DNA of 64,000 nt, taken from Candidatus Rokuibacteriota bacterium (GTDB lineage: Bacteria > Methylomirabilota > Methylomirabilia > Rokubacteriales > CSP1-6). Numbering within the stretch: position 1 is the first letter of the stretch; every line of letters begins with the position of its first letter. The stretch lies in the NCBI GenBank assembly GCA_023249095.1, contig JAHFDK010000012.1:91-64090 (forward strand), written 5' to 3'. Below are positions 9,001-18,919 of this stretch, in pieces. The notes beneath the pieces were generated by a model. It worked only from the letters and a program-made list of their open reading frames with translations. It was not told the DNA's origin and ran no database searches. Both the position numbers and the translations under genes were made by a program.

Positions 9001-10764
9001 CGGCAGCGTGTCCAGGTCGACATCGATGCCCCGGGACTCCTTGATCAGCGCCACCGTGTTGGCGAGGACGGTGAGCGTCCGGAGCCCGAGGAAATCCATC
9101 TTGAGCAGCCCAAGCTTCTCGATCGGGCCCATCGCGTAGCCGGTGATGAGCTCCGGACGCTTGGGGTCCTTGTAGAGCGGGATGTGCTCCTCGAGGGGCT
9201 CGTCGGAGATCACCACGGCGGAGGCGTGCACCGAGGCGTGGCGGGTGCAACCCTCGAGGGTGCGGGCGATGTCCCACAGCTCGCGCACCGACGCCTGGCT
9301 CCGCACCATCTCGGCCAGCGGCAGCGACTTCTGGTGGGCGTCGTCGAGCGTGATGTTCAGCGGGAAATTCGGCACCAGCTTTGCGATCCGGTCGACGTCG
9401 CCGTACGGCATGCCGAGGACGCGCCCGACGTCGCGGATCGCCGCCTTCGCGCCGAGTGTCCCGAACGTGATGATGTGAGCGACCCGGTCGCGCCCGTAGC
9501 GCTCCGCCACATAGCGGATGACCTCGTCGCGCCGATCGTCTGAAAAATCGATGTCCATGTCCGGCATCGAGATGCGTTCCGGGTTCAGGAATCGCTCGAA
9601 CAGCAGCCCGTAGCGCATCGGATCGATGTTCGTGATGGCCAGACAGTACGCGGTCAGCGAGCCCGCGGACGAGCCGCGACCGGGTCCCACCGCGATGCCC
9701 TGCTCGCGCGCGTAGCGGATGAAGTCCCAGACGACGAGGAAGTAGCCCGCGAATCCCATCTTCTCGATGACGGCCAGCTCCTGGGCGAGCCGCGCCTCGA
9801 TGGCGTCGCCCGGACTGGGCCCGTACCGCCGCCGGAGCCCATCATGCGCCAGCTCGTGGAGATAGCTGTCGAGCGTGTGCTCGTCGGGGACGACGTAGCG
9901 CGGCAGGTGGAACTCGCCGAAGTCGAGCGTCAGGTTGCACCGCTCGGCGACCGCCAGCGTGTTACGGCACGCCTCGGGGAGGTCGGCGAAGACGCGCGCC
10001 ATCTCCTCGGCGGACTTGATGTAGAACTCCTGCGTCGAGAAGCGGAAGCGGCTCGGATCGTGGAGATTCGTGCCGGTCTGGATGCAGAGGAGCGCTTCGT
10101 GGGCCCGGGCGTGGCCGGCCTCGAGGTAGTGCGAGTCGTTCGTGCCGACGACCGGCGCTCCGATGGCGGTGGCGATCCGGAGCGTCTCGGCCATGACTCG
10201 CGCCTGCTCGTCGAGCCCGTGGGCCTGGACCTCCATGAAGTAGTGGTCCTTGCCGAAGACCTCCCGATACCAGCCGGCGGTTTCTCTGGCCCGCAGGGCG
10301 TCGCCGGCGCTCAAGAGTCTCGAGACCTCGGAGTTCAGGCACCCGGAGAGGACGAGCAGCCCCTCGGCATGCTGCGCAAGGAGCTCCCGATCCACCCGGG
10401 GCTTGTAATAGAACCCCTCCAGGTACGCCTTCGACACGAGCTTGACGAGGTTCTTGTACCCGGTGCGGTTTCGTACGAGGACCGTCAGGTGGTTGGCACC
10501 CTCGTAGCCGCCGTCCTGCGAGCCGCGTTCGCGACGGCTCCCGGGCGCCACGTAGAGCTCGCACCCGAGGATCGGCTTGACGCCGGCCTTCTGGGCGGCG
10601 AGGTAGAAATCGATCGCGCCGAAGAGGTTGCCATGGTCGGTGAGCGCGATCGCCGGGAACCGGAGCTCCCTCGCCTTCGCGACGAGCTTTTCGAGCTGGG
10701 CCGCACCGTCGAGCAGGCTGTACTCGGAGTGGACGTGCAGATGGACGAAGTCGCTATGCTGCAT
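6019..10764 (-). CDS. dnaE: DNA polymerase III subunit alpha, interrupted by a 421-aa intein
   Basis: 1581 aa. PHP domain start ([13 protein letters not shown]), then the palm/fingers motif GYGFNK...SHAAAY, which is split by the insert. The protein is 1160 aa once the intein is removed. Confidence 0.95.
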   Translation of the reverse strand: MQHSDFVHLHVHSEYSLLDGAAQLEKLVAKARELRFPAIALTDHGNLFGAIDFYLAAQKAGVKPILGCELYVAPGSRRERGSQDGGYEGANHLTVLVRNRTGYKNLVKLVSKAYLEGFYYKPRVDRELLAQHAEGLLVLSGCLNSEVSRLLSAGDALRARETAGWYREVFGKDHYFMEVQAHGLDEQARVMAETLRIATAIGAPVVGTNDSHYLEAGHARAHEALLCIQTGTNLHDPSRFRFSTQEFYIKSAEEMARVFADLPEACRNTLAVAERCNLTLDFGEFHLPRYVVPDEHTLDSYLHELAHDGLRRRYGPSPGDAIEARLAQELAVIEKMGFAGYFLVVWDFIRYAREQGIAVGPGRGSSAGSLTAYCLAITNIDPMRYGLLFERFLNPERISMPDMDIDFSDDRRDEVIRYVAERYGRDRVAHIITFGTLGAKAAIRDVGRVLGMPYGDVDRIAKLVPNFPLNITLDDAHQKSLPLAEMVRSQASVRELWDIARTLEGCTRHASVHASAVVISDEPLEEHIPLYKDPKRPELITGYAMGPIEKLGLLKMDFLGLRTLTVLANTVALIKESRGIDVDLDTLPLGDPKTYEMLSEAKTFGVFQLESSGMRDALRGLRPERLEDLIAMVSLYRPGPMELIPDFIQRKHGRSRITYEHPAMEKFTRETYGIMVYQEQIMQIASEMGGFTMGEADILRRAMGKKDRELMAKQREKFVGGCRERGTAAAKAERVWELMEKFAGYGFNKCLSSDASIEMADGSLKPITEVRTGDLVLTKDGAFRALGVRPSGRRQVGRLTLANGMTLRCTPDHPIFTQRGWVNAEDVTPHDFVAVARELPCGATTVPEHLPALLGYALSEGSLGYDSHFYLYSTVSDELEDMSLIVSAFANTVARIEHRPRPKASSVRPVRIDRTTPSEAVDFLFRDCSLQGKIAVNKRIPVIVDGWDRDAISVLVGKLFQGDGCVHRKTLSVYYATSSEGLANDVRRLLLKLAIPCTIHRKTFAYRGGRRVGYTVNLIGGRRTHVRFDELVGCHLVGEKRAALAALRASYASTRTLLARGTVDVVPADLYREPLREAILKRFSTLTAGCRALGLAYRLVARDRRKRGIRRDTLEYLAERLESPALHALVDPSMGWSRPKRFVLDGVEPTYDFEVPGARSFIANGIAAHNSHAAAYGLVAYQTAYFKANYPVEFMAALLTSEMGDTDKIVKYIEECRAMGLRVEPPDVNVSAVQFSVAGDTVRFGLAAIKNVGEAAMQSILRSRSDQGLFHTLEDFCARVDLRLVNRRVVESLVKAGAFDSLGLTRAHLLATTDAALESGGRQQRDRAEGQASFFELLPVAPGRASAPAAVTPEWEADQRLAFEKEVLGFYISGHPLARYREVVEPLGITTSADLAAKGHGARVVLFGHAVGLKETSTKGGNRMAFFTLEDMDGAVEVTVFPEPFKAAAACLRSGEAVLVRGRVDDGDKGRVVLAEDVRLLEQALAESGGRPRNSATAGEPSACRIRVTPGEDPRGALAAVRQLCGEHPGRVPVFLHLVLGAQEVVVRARGLSVDGSQELVAEGETVLGRGAISVDYARRA
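7255..8517 (-). mobile_element. DnaE intein with LAGLIDADG homing-endonuclease domain (aa 750-1170)
   Basis: Junctions are GYGFNK|[13 protein letters not shown] and ...[11 protein letters not shown]|SHAAAY. Block B is [18 protein letters not shown] motifs are [12 protein letters not shown] and [12 protein letters not shown]. Cys1 codon is compl. 8515-8517 and the terminal Asn codon is compl. 7255-7257. Confidence 0.9.
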
Positions 10765-10818
10765 GAGCTATTTTCGAGCCATTGAAGCGTCGGCTCACCC
10801 GTCGAACGGGTTCACCTC

Positions 10819-12363
10819 CTACTCCCATTCAATCGTCGACGGCGGTTTCGACGAGATGTCGAACACCACCCGATTGACACCTTTCACCTCGTTGATGATC
10901 CGGTTGCTGATCGTGCCCAGCAGATCGTACGGCAGTCGCGCCCAGTCCGCGGTCATCGCGTCCTGGCTCATGACGGCCCGCAGGGCGACGACGTGCGCGT
11001 AGGTGCGGAAGTCGCCCATGACGCCTACCGTCCTGATCGGCAGCAGCACCGCGAACGCCTGCCACACCTGCCGCTCGTAGCCGGCGGCGCGCACCTCCTC
11101 CTGCACGACGGCGTCGGCCTCCCGCAGCACATCGAGCCGCTCCGTCGTCACCTCGCCGAGGACGCGGATGGCGAGACCGGGCCCCGGAAATGGCTGGCGC
11201 CAGACGATCTCGGGAGGCAGCCCCAGGAGCTCCCCGAGCCGGCGGACCTCGTCCTTGAAGAGCTCCCGGAGCGGCTCGACGAGCTTGAACGGCATCTTCA
11301 GCGGGAGGCCGCCGACATTGTGATGGGTCTTGATGGTGGCCGACGGCCCTCGGGAGGACACCGACTCGATGACGTCCGGATAGAGGGTGCCCTGGGCGAG
11401 CCACGGGATGTCACCGAGCTTGCGCGCCTCGTCCTCGAAGACCGCGATGAATTCGGCGCCGATCCGTTTTCGCTTGAGCTCCGGGTCCGTCACGCCGCGT
11501 ATCGCATCAAGAAATCGCCGAGATGCGTCCACGTGAATCAGGCTCATCTTGAAGGTGTCGCGGAAGGTGTGGACGACCGATTGAGCCTCACCCTTGCGCA
11601 GGAGCCCGTTATCCACGAACACGCAGGTGAGCCCGTCACCGATGGCGCGGTGGACGAGCACGGCAACCACCGCCGAGTCCACGCCGCCGGAGAGGGCGCA
11701 GAGCACGCGCTGTCCGCTCACCTCGACGCGGATCGCGTCCACCATGGTGTCGATGAAGCCCTGCATCGACCACGTCCGGGCCACGCCGCACTCGGAGAGG
11801 AAGTTGTCCAGGATCTTCTGCCCCTGCGGTGTGTGGACGACCTCCGGGTGGAACTGAACGGCGTAGAGCCGGCGGTCCTCGTCCGCCATCGCCGCGACCG
11901 GGCAGTTCGTGGTCTGAGCGAGCGCGGTGAAGCCCTTGGGCGGGCGGAGCACCGTGTCGCCGTGGCTCATCCAGACCGTGACGCGACCGCTGCTCTCGGG
12001 CTCGACGCCCCGGAGAAGGCGGCTCGATCCCTGGAGCACGATCTCGGCCTTGCCGTATTCCCGCCGGTCGGCGGGCACCACATGGCCGCCCAGAAGGTAG
12101 CCCATCGCCTGCATCCCGTAGCAGATCCCGAGGACGGGGATGCCCGACTCGAAGAGCGCCTTCGGCGGCAGTGGCGCGCCGTCCTCGTAGACGCTTGAGG
12201 GGCCCCCTGATAGCACCACTCCCTTGTAGCCACCGGCGAGGATCGCCTGGAGCGGCTGGGTGGGGGGGAGGATCTCCGAGAACACGGACATCTCCCGGAT
12301 GCGGCGAGCGATCAGCTGCGTGTATTGCGATCCGAAGTCCAGGACCGCGATCTTGTCGGCCAC
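10819..12363 (-). CDS. guaA: GMP synthase (glutamine-hydrolysing)
   Basis: 514 aa. Starts [24 protein letters not shown], has the ATP-PPase SGGVDS motif and the C-terminal ..PPSTIEWE. Confidence 0.95.
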   Translation of the reverse strand: MADKIAVLDFGSQYTQLIARRIREMSVFSEILPPTQPLQAILAGGYKGVVLSGGPSSVYEDGAPLPPKALFESGIPVLGICYGMQAMGYLLGGHVVPADRREYGKAEIVLQGSSRLLRGVEPESSGRVTVWMSHGDTVLRPPKGFTALAQTTNCPVAAMADEDRRLYAVQFHPEVVHTPQGQKILDNFLSECGVARTWSMQGFIDTMVDAIRVEVSGQRVLCALSGGVDSAVVAVLVHRAIGDGLTCVFVDNGLLRKGEAQSVVHTFRDTFKMSLIHVDASRRFLDAIRGVTDPELKRKRIGAEFIAVFEDEARKLGDIPWLAQGTLYPDVIESVSSRGPSATIKTHHNVGGLPLKMPFKLVEPLRELFKDEVRRLGELLGLPPEIVWRQPFPGPGLAIRVLGEVTTERLDVLREADAVVQEEVRAAGYERQVWQAFAVLLPIRTVGVMGDFRTYAHVVALRAVMSQDAMTADWARLPYDLLGTISNRIINEVKGVNRVVFDISSKPPSTIEWE

Positions 12364-12369
12364 GACGTC

Positions 12370-13530
12370 CTAGCGGGGACGGCCCAGCTTCTGAGCCTGC
12401 TGGAACACCTTTCCCTCGGTCTTGATGGTCGGGGCGATGATTAACTCTGTCTGCTGTAGCTCCCGGATGGTCCGCGCCCCGACCGAGCCCATACAGGTGC
12501 GGATCGCGCCCACGAGGTTGAGGGTGCCGTCCTCCGTGAACGCCGGTCCGAACAGGATCTGCTCGAGTGAGCCGGCGATACCGACGCGGATCCGCGTGCC
12601 CCGCGGCAGGTTGGCGTGGGGCGTCGCCATGCCCCAGTGATAGCCGCTCCCGGGCGCCTCGATGGCGCGCGCGAACGCGGACCCGATCATGACCGCGTCG
12701 GCGCCCGAGGCGAATGCCTTGCACACGTCACCGCCGGTCGACATGCCACCGTCGGTGATGATCGGCACGTAGCGACCGGTCTGCTTCCAGTGGAAGTCGC
12801 GCGCAGCCGACGCGTCGGCGGTGGCCGTCACCTGGGGCACGCCGAGCCCCAACACTTCACGGCTCGTGCAGGCCGCGCCCGGGCCCACGCCGATCAGCAG
12901 GGCGTCGGCGCCGACGTCCATGAGCTCGAGGCACGCCTCATAGGTCACGACGTTGCCGATGACCAGCGGGATAGCGAGCTGCTTTTTCAGCTTGCGGAGA
13001 TCGACCGGCATGTACTCGGTGGCGATGTGACGGGCCGTGGTGACGGTCGACTGGACCACGAAGATGTCAGCGCCGGCTTCCTGGGCGATCTGCGCGAACC
13101 GCTCGGCGCGCTGCGGGATCGAGGAGACGACGGCCGGTCCCCCGCCCTTCTTGATCGCCTGGATCCGCTGGTGGATCAACTCCTCCTTGATCGGCTCCCC
13201 GTAGATCGACTGGATGATCTTGGTCGCCTCTTCCTGGCTGGCCGAGACGATCCGTTCGAGGACCTCATCGGGATTCGCGTAACGGGAGAAGATGCCCTCG
13301 AGGTTGAGCACCGCGAGGCCACCGTGGCGCCCCATCTCGACGGCGAGCCGGGGTCCGACGACGCCGTCCATGGCGGCGGCGATGATCGGCAGCTCGAAGC
13401 GATGGCCGCAGAGCTCCCAGGAGATGTCGACCTCGTTCGGGTTGACGGTCACGGTCCCGGGAACGAGCGCGATGTCGTCGAACCCGTACGCCACCCTGGC
13501 CTTGCGCCCTCGCCCGACCCACATCCCCAT
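12370..13530 (-). CDS. GuaB3-type IMP dehydrogenase-related protein (no CBS pair)
   Basis: 386 aa. N-terminus GRGRKARVAYGFDDIALVPG...ELPIIAAAMDGVV..GGLAVLNLEG is typical of the IMPDH-related GuaB3 family. GGGAGGG SD. Confidence 0.8.
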   Translation of the reverse strand: MGMWVGRGRKARVAYGFDDIALVPGTVTVNPNEVDISWELCGHRFELPIIAAAMDGVVGPRLAVEMGRHGGLAVLNLEGIFSRYANPDEVLERIVSASQEEATKIIQSIYGEPIKEELIHQRIQAIKKGGGPAVVSSIPQRAERFAQIAQEAGADIFVVQSTVTTARHIATEYMPVDLRKLKKQLAIPLVIGNVVTYEACLELMDVGADALLIGVGPGAACTSREVLGLGVPQVTATADASAARDFHWKQTGRYVPIITDGGMSTGGDVCKAFASGADAVMIGSAFARAIEAPGSGYHWGMATPHANLPRGTRIRVGIAGSLEQILFGPAFTEDGTLNLVGAIRTCMGSVGARTIRELQQTELIIAPTIKTEGKVFQQAQKLGRPR

Positions 13531-13620
13531 CGGTCACCCTCCCGTCGGCTCGTGCACTGGGTTTCGGCCCGGGTCCCGTATATAGGGATCGCCCCGCGTC
13601 CGACCTACTAGATTTCGTGG

Positions 13621-13649
13621 ATTATAACGGCCGGGATCCGGGATGTCAA
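13621..13649 (-). promoter_or_regulatory. Perfect-consensus sigma70 promoter upstream of guaB3-guaA
   Basis: Minus strand reads TTGACA (compl. 13644-13649), a 17-nt spacer, then TATAAT (compl. 13621-13626). The -35 overlaps the coaX stop codon. The predicted leader to the ATG at 13530 is roughly 80-85 nt. Confidence 0.6.
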
Positions 13650-14428
13650 CGTTGCGGGTCCACGGGATGGGCCTCCTCGTAGAGCATGCGCAGTCCCTCG
13701 AGCCTCAAGTGCTCGTCGACGCGTTCGACGCAGCGCGCGGCGTCCGCGACGAGCCCGGCATTGCCGCCGGTGGCGATCACCTGTGCCGTCCCGCCCATCT
13801 CGGCTCGCATCCGGCCGACGAGGCCGTCCACCAGACCGGCATAGCCGTAGATCGCGCCCGATTGGAGATTGGTCGTGGTGCTGCGGCCGATCGCCTCTTT
13901 CGGCCGCGCCAGCTCGACCCGGGCGAGGCGAGCCGCGCGGTTCACGAGGGCCTCCACCGAGGTGGCGATCCCGGGGGCGATGGCGCCGCCGATGAACTCG
14001 CCGCGGTCGTTCACGCAGTTGAAGGTCGTGGCCGTACCGAAGTCGATCACGATCAGCGGCGGCCCGTACTTCGCGGTCGCCGCGAAGGCGTCCACGTAGC
14101 GGTCGGCGCCGACCTCACGGGGGGCCTCGACGAGGAGGGGCATGCGCGTGTTCACGCCGGGCTCGATGAAGAACGGCGACCGTCCGAAGTACTGGTCACA
14201 CATCCATTCGAGCGTCTGGTGGACCGGCGGCACCACGTTCGAAATGGCGACGCCGTGGATGGCGGCGGGCCGGATGCCGCGCGTCTGCAGGAGCATCTCG
14301 ATGAACAACCCGTATTCGTCGGCGGTTTGCTCCCGCCGGCTCGTCAGGCGCCACGAGACGAGCAGGCGCTGCCCGTCGAACACGCCGATCTTCGTGTTGG
14401 TGTTGCCGACGTCAGCGACGAGCAGCAT
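13646..14428 (-). CDS. coaX: Type III pantothenate kinase
   Basis: 260 aa. Starts MLLVADVGNTNTKIGVF, with an ASKHA fold. birA-coaX adjacency is typical. Confidence 0.9.
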   Translation of the reverse strand: MLLVADVGNTNTKIGVFDGQRLLVSWRLTSRREQTADEYGLFIEMLLQTRGIRPAAIHGVAISNVVPPVHQTLEWMCDQYFGRSPFFIEPGVNTRMPLLVEAPREVGADRYVDAFAATAKYGPPLIVIDFGTATTFNCVNDRGEFIGGAIAPGIATSVEALVNRAARLARVELARPKEAIGRSTTTNLQSGAIYGYAGLVDGLVGRMRAEMGGTAQVIATGGNAGLVADAARCVERVDEHLRLEGLRMLYEEAHPVDPQR

Positions 14429-14443
14429 GAATCTCTCTTCCTT

Positions 14444-15196
14444 TCATCGGCCTCGGGCGCGCGAGCCGGCGGCCGCCTCGTCCCAGGCGATCTCTCCGGC
14501 GATCACGCGCCTGACCGTGCCCCCGGCGTCGATCAGGAGCGCTCCGTCGACGTCGAGGTCCACGGCGATGCCGGTGACGCCGTCCAGCGTGACGTGCCGG
14601 CCGAGGGTGTCGCTGAGCATTCGCCATTGTTCGCGGACGGCGCCGAAGCCCTCCCGCTCGAGGCGCACGCGCCACGCGTCGAATTCCTCGAGCAAGGCCG
14701 CGAGCATCGTCTCGCGGTCGGGCGCGCGTCCGGTCTCGAGCGCGACCGAGGTGGCATGCCCCGCCAGCTCCAGCGGGAACTCGCGCTGACCGAGGTTAAC
14801 GCCGATGCCGATGATGATCACGGGGGCGCGAGATTCGAGGAGGATTCCGGCGATCTTCTTGCCCCCGACGAGGACGTCGTTCGGCCACTTGACCCGTGCC
14901 GCAACCGGGGCGACGCGCCGGAGCGCCTCCGCCGTGGCGACCGCGGTCATCGGCGAGAAGGTCGGCAGGAGCGCCTGTGGAAGCCGGGGGCGGACGATGA
15001 TGGAGGCGAGGAGACTCGTTCCGGCCGGCGCTTGCCAGACGCGTCCGCGCCGGCCCCTGCCCGACAATTGCTGATCGGCGACCACCACGGTGCGGTCCGC
15101 CGCGCCGCGCTCTGCGAGCCCGAAGGCGACCGACTGGGTGGAATCGACGGTATCGAGGCGGACGATCGCGGCCGGGGCGCTATCGCGAGCCATCAT
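14444..15196 (-). CDS. birA: Biotin--[acetyl-CoA-carboxylase] ligase (group I, no HTH)
   Basis: The conserved region starts at MMARDSAPAAIVRLDTVDSTQS and includes GRGRRGRVWQAP. The upstream part of the track ORF overlaps the valS 3' end and was trimmed. Confidence 0.85.
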   Translation of the reverse strand: MMARDSAPAAIVRLDTVDSTQSVAFGLAERGAADRTVVVADQQLSGRGRRGRVWQAPAGTSLLASIIVRPRLPQALLPTFSPMTAVATAEALRRVAPVAARVKWPNDVLVGGKKIAGILLESRAPVIIIGIGVNLGQREFPLELAGHATSVALETGRAPDRETMLAALLEEFDAWRVRLEREGFGAVREQWRMLSDTLGRHVTLDGVTGIAVDLDVDGALLIDAGGTVRRVIAGEIAWDEAAAGSRARGR

Positions 15197-17816
15197 CGAC
15201 CCAGGCGAGGCTCGCCAGGAGCTTGGCGCGAAGCGCTTCTTGCTCGATGAGCCGCTCCCGCTCTCGGGCCACGATCTCGGCGGGCGCCCGCTCGGCGAAC
15301 TCGGGCCGCGCCAGCTTGCCCTTGAGGAATTCGACGCTCTCGGCGGCACGCGTGATCTCCTTCTCGAGACGCTGGCGCTCGGCGGCGAGGTCGACGACGC
15401 CCGCCAGATCCACGTAGAGCTCCGAGCCGTCGATGACCGCCATCGCCGAGTTTCGCGGCCGCGTCGCCCGAGGATCGACGGCGAACCGGGCGCGCGCCAG
15501 CGTGTCGATGAGGGCGCCGTTCGCGGTGAAGAGCTCGCCTCCGTCCCGGCTCGGGCGGAGCGTCGCCGCGAGCGTGACGCCGGGCGCGATCCGCATCTCG
15601 CCGCGGATGTTGCGCACCGCGGTGACGAGGTCCATGACCGCGGTCATCTGTCGCTCGGCGTCGGCGTTGCGCTGTTTCCTCGCCACCCGCGGATACGGCG
15701 CGATCATGATCGACTCGCCCTTGTGCGGCAGCCGCTGCCAGAGCTCTTCGGTGATGAACGGCATGAACGGGTGCAGGAGCCGGAGCGTTGCCTCGAGGAC
15801 CCGAACGAGCGTCGCCTGGGTGCGCGCGCGCCGCGCCGGGCTCTCGGCGCGGTAGAGCGACAGCTTGGCGATCTCGAGGTACCAGTCGCAGAACTCGTGC
15901 CAGAGGAACTGGTACACGGACGAGGCGGCGTCGCTGAACCGGTACCGCCGCATCGCGGTGCGGACCTCCGCGATGGTGGCCGCCAGCCGGCTCTCGATCC
16001 ACACGTCGGCGAGCGCCGGCGGCGTGTTCTTGGCCAGCGCCGCGTCGAAGCCATCCAGGTTCGACAGGACGAGGCGCGCCGCATTCCAGATCTTGTTGGC
16101 GAAGTTTCGGTAGCCCTCGATGCGGTCTTCGGAGATCCGGATGTCCCGGCCCTGCGCCAGCGCCGCGAGCGTGAAGCGGAAGGCGTCGGTGCCGTACTTC
16201 CCCATCACCTCCAGCGGGTCGGCGACGTTGCCTTTGGACTTCGACATCTTCTGTCCTTCGGCGTCGCGCACGATCGCGTGGAGGTACACGTCGCGGAAGG
16301 GCACGTGGTGCGTGAAGTGGATGCCGAGCATGGCCATTCGGGCGACCCAGAAGAACAGGATGTCCGGTGCCGTGACGAGCACCGAGGTCGGATAGTAGGT
16401 TCTGAGCTCGAGTGTGTCGTCGGGCCAGCCGAGCGTCGAGAACGGCCAGAGTCCCGAGGAGAACCAGGTGTCGAGCGTATCGGGGTCCTGCCGGAGCGGC
16501 CCGCCGCACTGGGGACACGCCTGGAGGTCGTCGCGCGACACGTGCACGGAACCGTCGGCGTCGCAGTGCCACGCGGGAATCCGATGGCCCCACCAGAGCT
16601 GGCGCGAGATGCACCAGGGGCGGATGTTCTCCATCCAGTGGTAATAGGTCTTCGTCCAGGTGCGCGGGACGATCTTGATCCGCCCCTCGCGCACGGCCTT
16701 GATCGCCGCCTCGGCGAGCGGCTTCGTCTGCACGTACCACTGCTTGGAGACGAGCGGCTCGACCACCGTCTTGCAGCGATGGCAGACGCCGACCGCGTGC
16801 CGGTAGGGCTCGATCCGCTCGATCAGGCCGAGCGCCTTCAGGTCCTCGACGATCCGCTTGCGGCACTCGAAGCGGTCCAGGCCGGCGTAGCGTCCGGCCT
16901 CGGCGGTCATCCGACCGTCGAAGCCGATGACGGTCTTGACGGGAAGGTTGTGGCGCCGGCCGATCTCGAAGTCCACCGGGTCGTGCCCCGGCGTCACCTT
17001 GATGACGCCGGTGCCGAACTTCGGATCGACGGCGTCGTCCGCGACCACCTTCACCGAGATGGTGCCGTCCACCGATGGGACCTCGAGCGTCGTGCCCACG
17101 AGATGCTTGTAGCGCTTGTCCTTGGGGTGCACGGCCAGACCCGTGTCGCCGAGCTTCGTCTCCGGCCGCACCGTCCCGACGGTGACCGGACCGTACTTGA
17201 TGTAGACGAACTCCGCGTCGCGCTCCTCCCGCTCGACCTCGAGGTCGGACAGCACCGTCTGGCAGCGCGGGCACCAGTTGACGATGTAATCGTCACGGTA
17301 GATCAGCCCCTCTTGCCAGAGGCGGACGAACGACTCCCGGACCGCGCGCGACAGCCCGGGATCCATCGTGAAGCGCTCGCGCGACCAGTCGCACGAGGCG
17401 CCCAGACGTCTGAGCTGTCGGACGATCGTGCCCCCGGTCTCTTCCTTCCATCGCCAGGCGCGGGCGAGGAAACCGTCGCGGCCGAGGTCTTCCTTCGTCT
17501 TTCCCTCGGACGCGAGCTGGCGTTCGAGGACCACGTGAACGGCGATCGCCGCATGGTCGGTCCCGGGGAGCCAGAGGGTATTGAAGCCGTCCATCCGCTT
17601 CATCCGCGTCAGCGTGTCCTGCAGCGTCATGGTCAGCGCATGACCCCAGTGGAGCGATCCGGTGACGTTGGGCGGCGGCATCGCGATCGAGAACGGCTTG
17701 CCGGTGGCCGCGGCATCGGCGCGGAAGTAACCCCGTTCCTCCCAGCGCGGATACCAGCGCTCCTCGACGGCCGAGGGATCGTACCGGTCGGAGATCTCGC
17801 TCGTCGGCGCGCTCAT
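15180..17816 (-). CDS. valS: Valine--tRNA ligase
   Basis: 878 aa. Has the HIGH-type motif PPPNVTGSLHWGH, KMSKS, and a C-terminal coiled coil. Confidence 0.95.
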   Translation of the reverse strand: MSAPTSEISDRYDPSAVEERWYPRWEERGYFRADAAATGKPFSIAMPPPNVTGSLHWGHALTMTLQDTLTRMKRMDGFNTLWLPGTDHAAIAVHVVLERQLASEGKTKEDLGRDGFLARAWRWKEETGGTIVRQLRRLGASCDWSRERFTMDPGLSRAVRESFVRLWQEGLIYRDDYIVNWCPRCQTVLSDLEVEREERDAEFVYIKYGPVTVGTVRPETKLGDTGLAVHPKDKRYKHLVGTTLEVPSVDGTISVKVVADDAVDPKFGTGVIKVTPGHDPVDFEIGRRHNLPVKTVIGFDGRMTAEAGRYAGLDRFECRKRIVEDLKALGLIERIEPYRHAVGVCHRCKTVVEPLVSKQWYVQTKPLAEAAIKAVREGRIKIVPRTWTKTYYHWMENIRPWCISRQLWWGHRIPAWHCDADGSVHVSRDDLQACPQCGGPLRQDPDTLDTWFSSGLWPFSTLGWPDDTLELRTYYPTSVLVTAPDILFFWVARMAMLGIHFTHHVPFRDVYLHAIVRDAEGQKMSKSKGNVADPLEVMGKYGTDAFRFTLAALAQGRDIRISEDRIEGYRNFANKIWNAARLVLSNLDGFDAALAKNTPPALADVWIESRLAATIAEVRTAMRRYRFSDAASSVYQFLWHEFCDWYLEIAKLSLYRAESPARRARTQATLVRVLEATLRLLHPFMPFITEELWQRLPHKGESIMIAPYPRVARKQRNADAERQMTAVMDLVTAVRNIRGEMRIAPGVTLAATLRPSRDGGELFTANGALIDTLARARFAVDPRATRPRNSAMAVIDGSELYVDLAGVVDLAAERQRLEKEITRAAESVEFLKGKLARPEFAERAPAEIVARERERLIEQEALRAKLLASLAWVDDGSR

Positions 17817-17826
17817 CGGCGAGACG

Positions 17827-18897
17827 TCACTCGAGCACCGGCGCGGCGGCCGCGAGACGCCACCGGGCGCCGCCGCGCTGGAAGATCAGCGCCCAAGGCG
17901 TGTGCTCTGCAGTCGCGGCGACCGACACCGTCTGGGGGTTGGCGGTGCCGTCGGCAGCGTCGCACGCGGCCTCGGGGCGCAACGTGGCCGGAAGCCGCCG
18001 GCGGATCTGGACGTCGGGCACCAGCTTCGCCAGGCTGCTCTCGTCTCTCGACTCGAGCGCGTCGAAGAGCTGGGCGACCGTCGTGCGTAGCTCGCGGTGC
18101 CAGCCGTTGAGCTGGCGTCCGGCCTTCCGGACGAGCGCCCCGCTCTCGTGCGAGGATCGGAACACGTCCTCGGCTTCGGTCTGTCCGTCGCACCCCGGCG
18201 TCCAGCCCGGATAGTGGAGCTCGTAGCGCACTCGGATCTCCTCTCCGCGCACCGAATATGCGCGCGCCATCAGGCGGTCGGGGAACAGGTCGGTCGTGGA
18301 CCAGACGACACGAACGCCGTCGCCCTGCTGGCGGATGAGGTCGAGCCGGAGCGGGCGGATCCCTTGTCCCGTCGCTGGACCTTCCCAGGCGGCGACAAAC
18401 TGGGAGGCGCCGCTCGGCGCCGGAGACCACGGGTACACGGTCGGGCGGCCCTCGCGGAAGAGCGTCGTCAGCAACGCGGCCTCCCCGCCGAGTCGCCCGT
18501 ACACCCGCACGGAGTTGACGCCGGGCGCATCGCTCATCTGGAACGCGCCCACCACGAGCCGCCCGACGCGGAGGACGTCGACTGCGGCAGCGCCCCACGC
18601 TTCGCCGAACGCGTCGAGCCTATCCTGGAGGAAGCCGGCCGACGCGTAGAGACCGCCGGCACCGAGACTCTCGACGATTTCCTCGTCGAGGAGCGCGTAC
18701 ATGTCGCGATAGGCGTCGGGCGACTCGGCCGCGTCGCCGTGCCCGAGCAAGGCGTGCGAACGCGCGAGCTGGCGGAACTGGTCGAGGCGGTCGACCGGAT
18801 CGGCGGCGTCGGGCCGCTCGGGCACGAGCGCTGCGGCGCCGAGCATCGCGAGGCCGACGAGCAGTGTCCGCGTCGGGCACCCCGATAGACGACTCAC
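17827..18897 (-). CDS. Hypothetical secreted protein
   Basis: The coding-like frame runs to a stop at 17827. The likely start is GTG (compl. 18895-18897), giving VSRLSGCPTRTLLVGLAMLGAAALVP (signal-like). I recognise no family. The start is uncertain. Confidence 0.5.
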   Translation of the reverse strand: MSRLSGCPTRTLLVGLAMLGAAALVPERPDAADPVDRLDQFRQLARSHALLGHGDAAESPDAYRDMYALLDEEIVESLGAGGLYASAGFLQDRLDAFGEAWGAAAVDVLRVGRLVVGAFQMSDAPGVNSVRVYGRLGGEAALLTTLFREGRPTVYPWSPAPSGASQFVAAWEGPATGQGIRPLRLDLIRQQGDGVRVVWSTTDLFPDRLMARAYSVRGEEIRVRYELHYPGWTPGCDGQTEAEDVFRSSHESGALVRKAGRQLNGWHRELRTTVAQLFDALESRDESSLAKLVPDVQIRRRLPATLRPEAACDAADGTANPQTVSVAATAEHTPWALIFQRGGARWRLAAAAPVLE

Positions 18898-18919
18898 GCG
18901 CCTATGGTACAACAGACCC

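Noticed and set aside
10765-10818. Small hairpin (ACCCGT-cga-ACGGGT) between guaA and dnaE as a terminator.
   Set aside because: It has only a 6-bp stem and no U-tract, and the 54-nt gap contains the dnaE ribosome-binding region. It may be an attenuator but is too weak to call.
15090-18110. Very long plus-strand ORFs: 1006 aa here, 25093-29025 (1310 aa), 54030-56204 (724 aa), 57597-59594 (665 aa), 39886-41505 (539 aa) and 8218-9543 (441 aa). Also the minus-strand 21467-23233 (588 aa).
   Set aside because: Each lies exactly antisense to a gene with unmistakable conserved motifs (valS, UPF0182/ahcY, uvrB, permease, pyrG, dnaE, Rieske oxygenase). Their translations are Arg/Gly/Pro/Asp-rich low-complexity strings, typical of shadow ORFs in high-GC DNA. 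They are not treated as genes.
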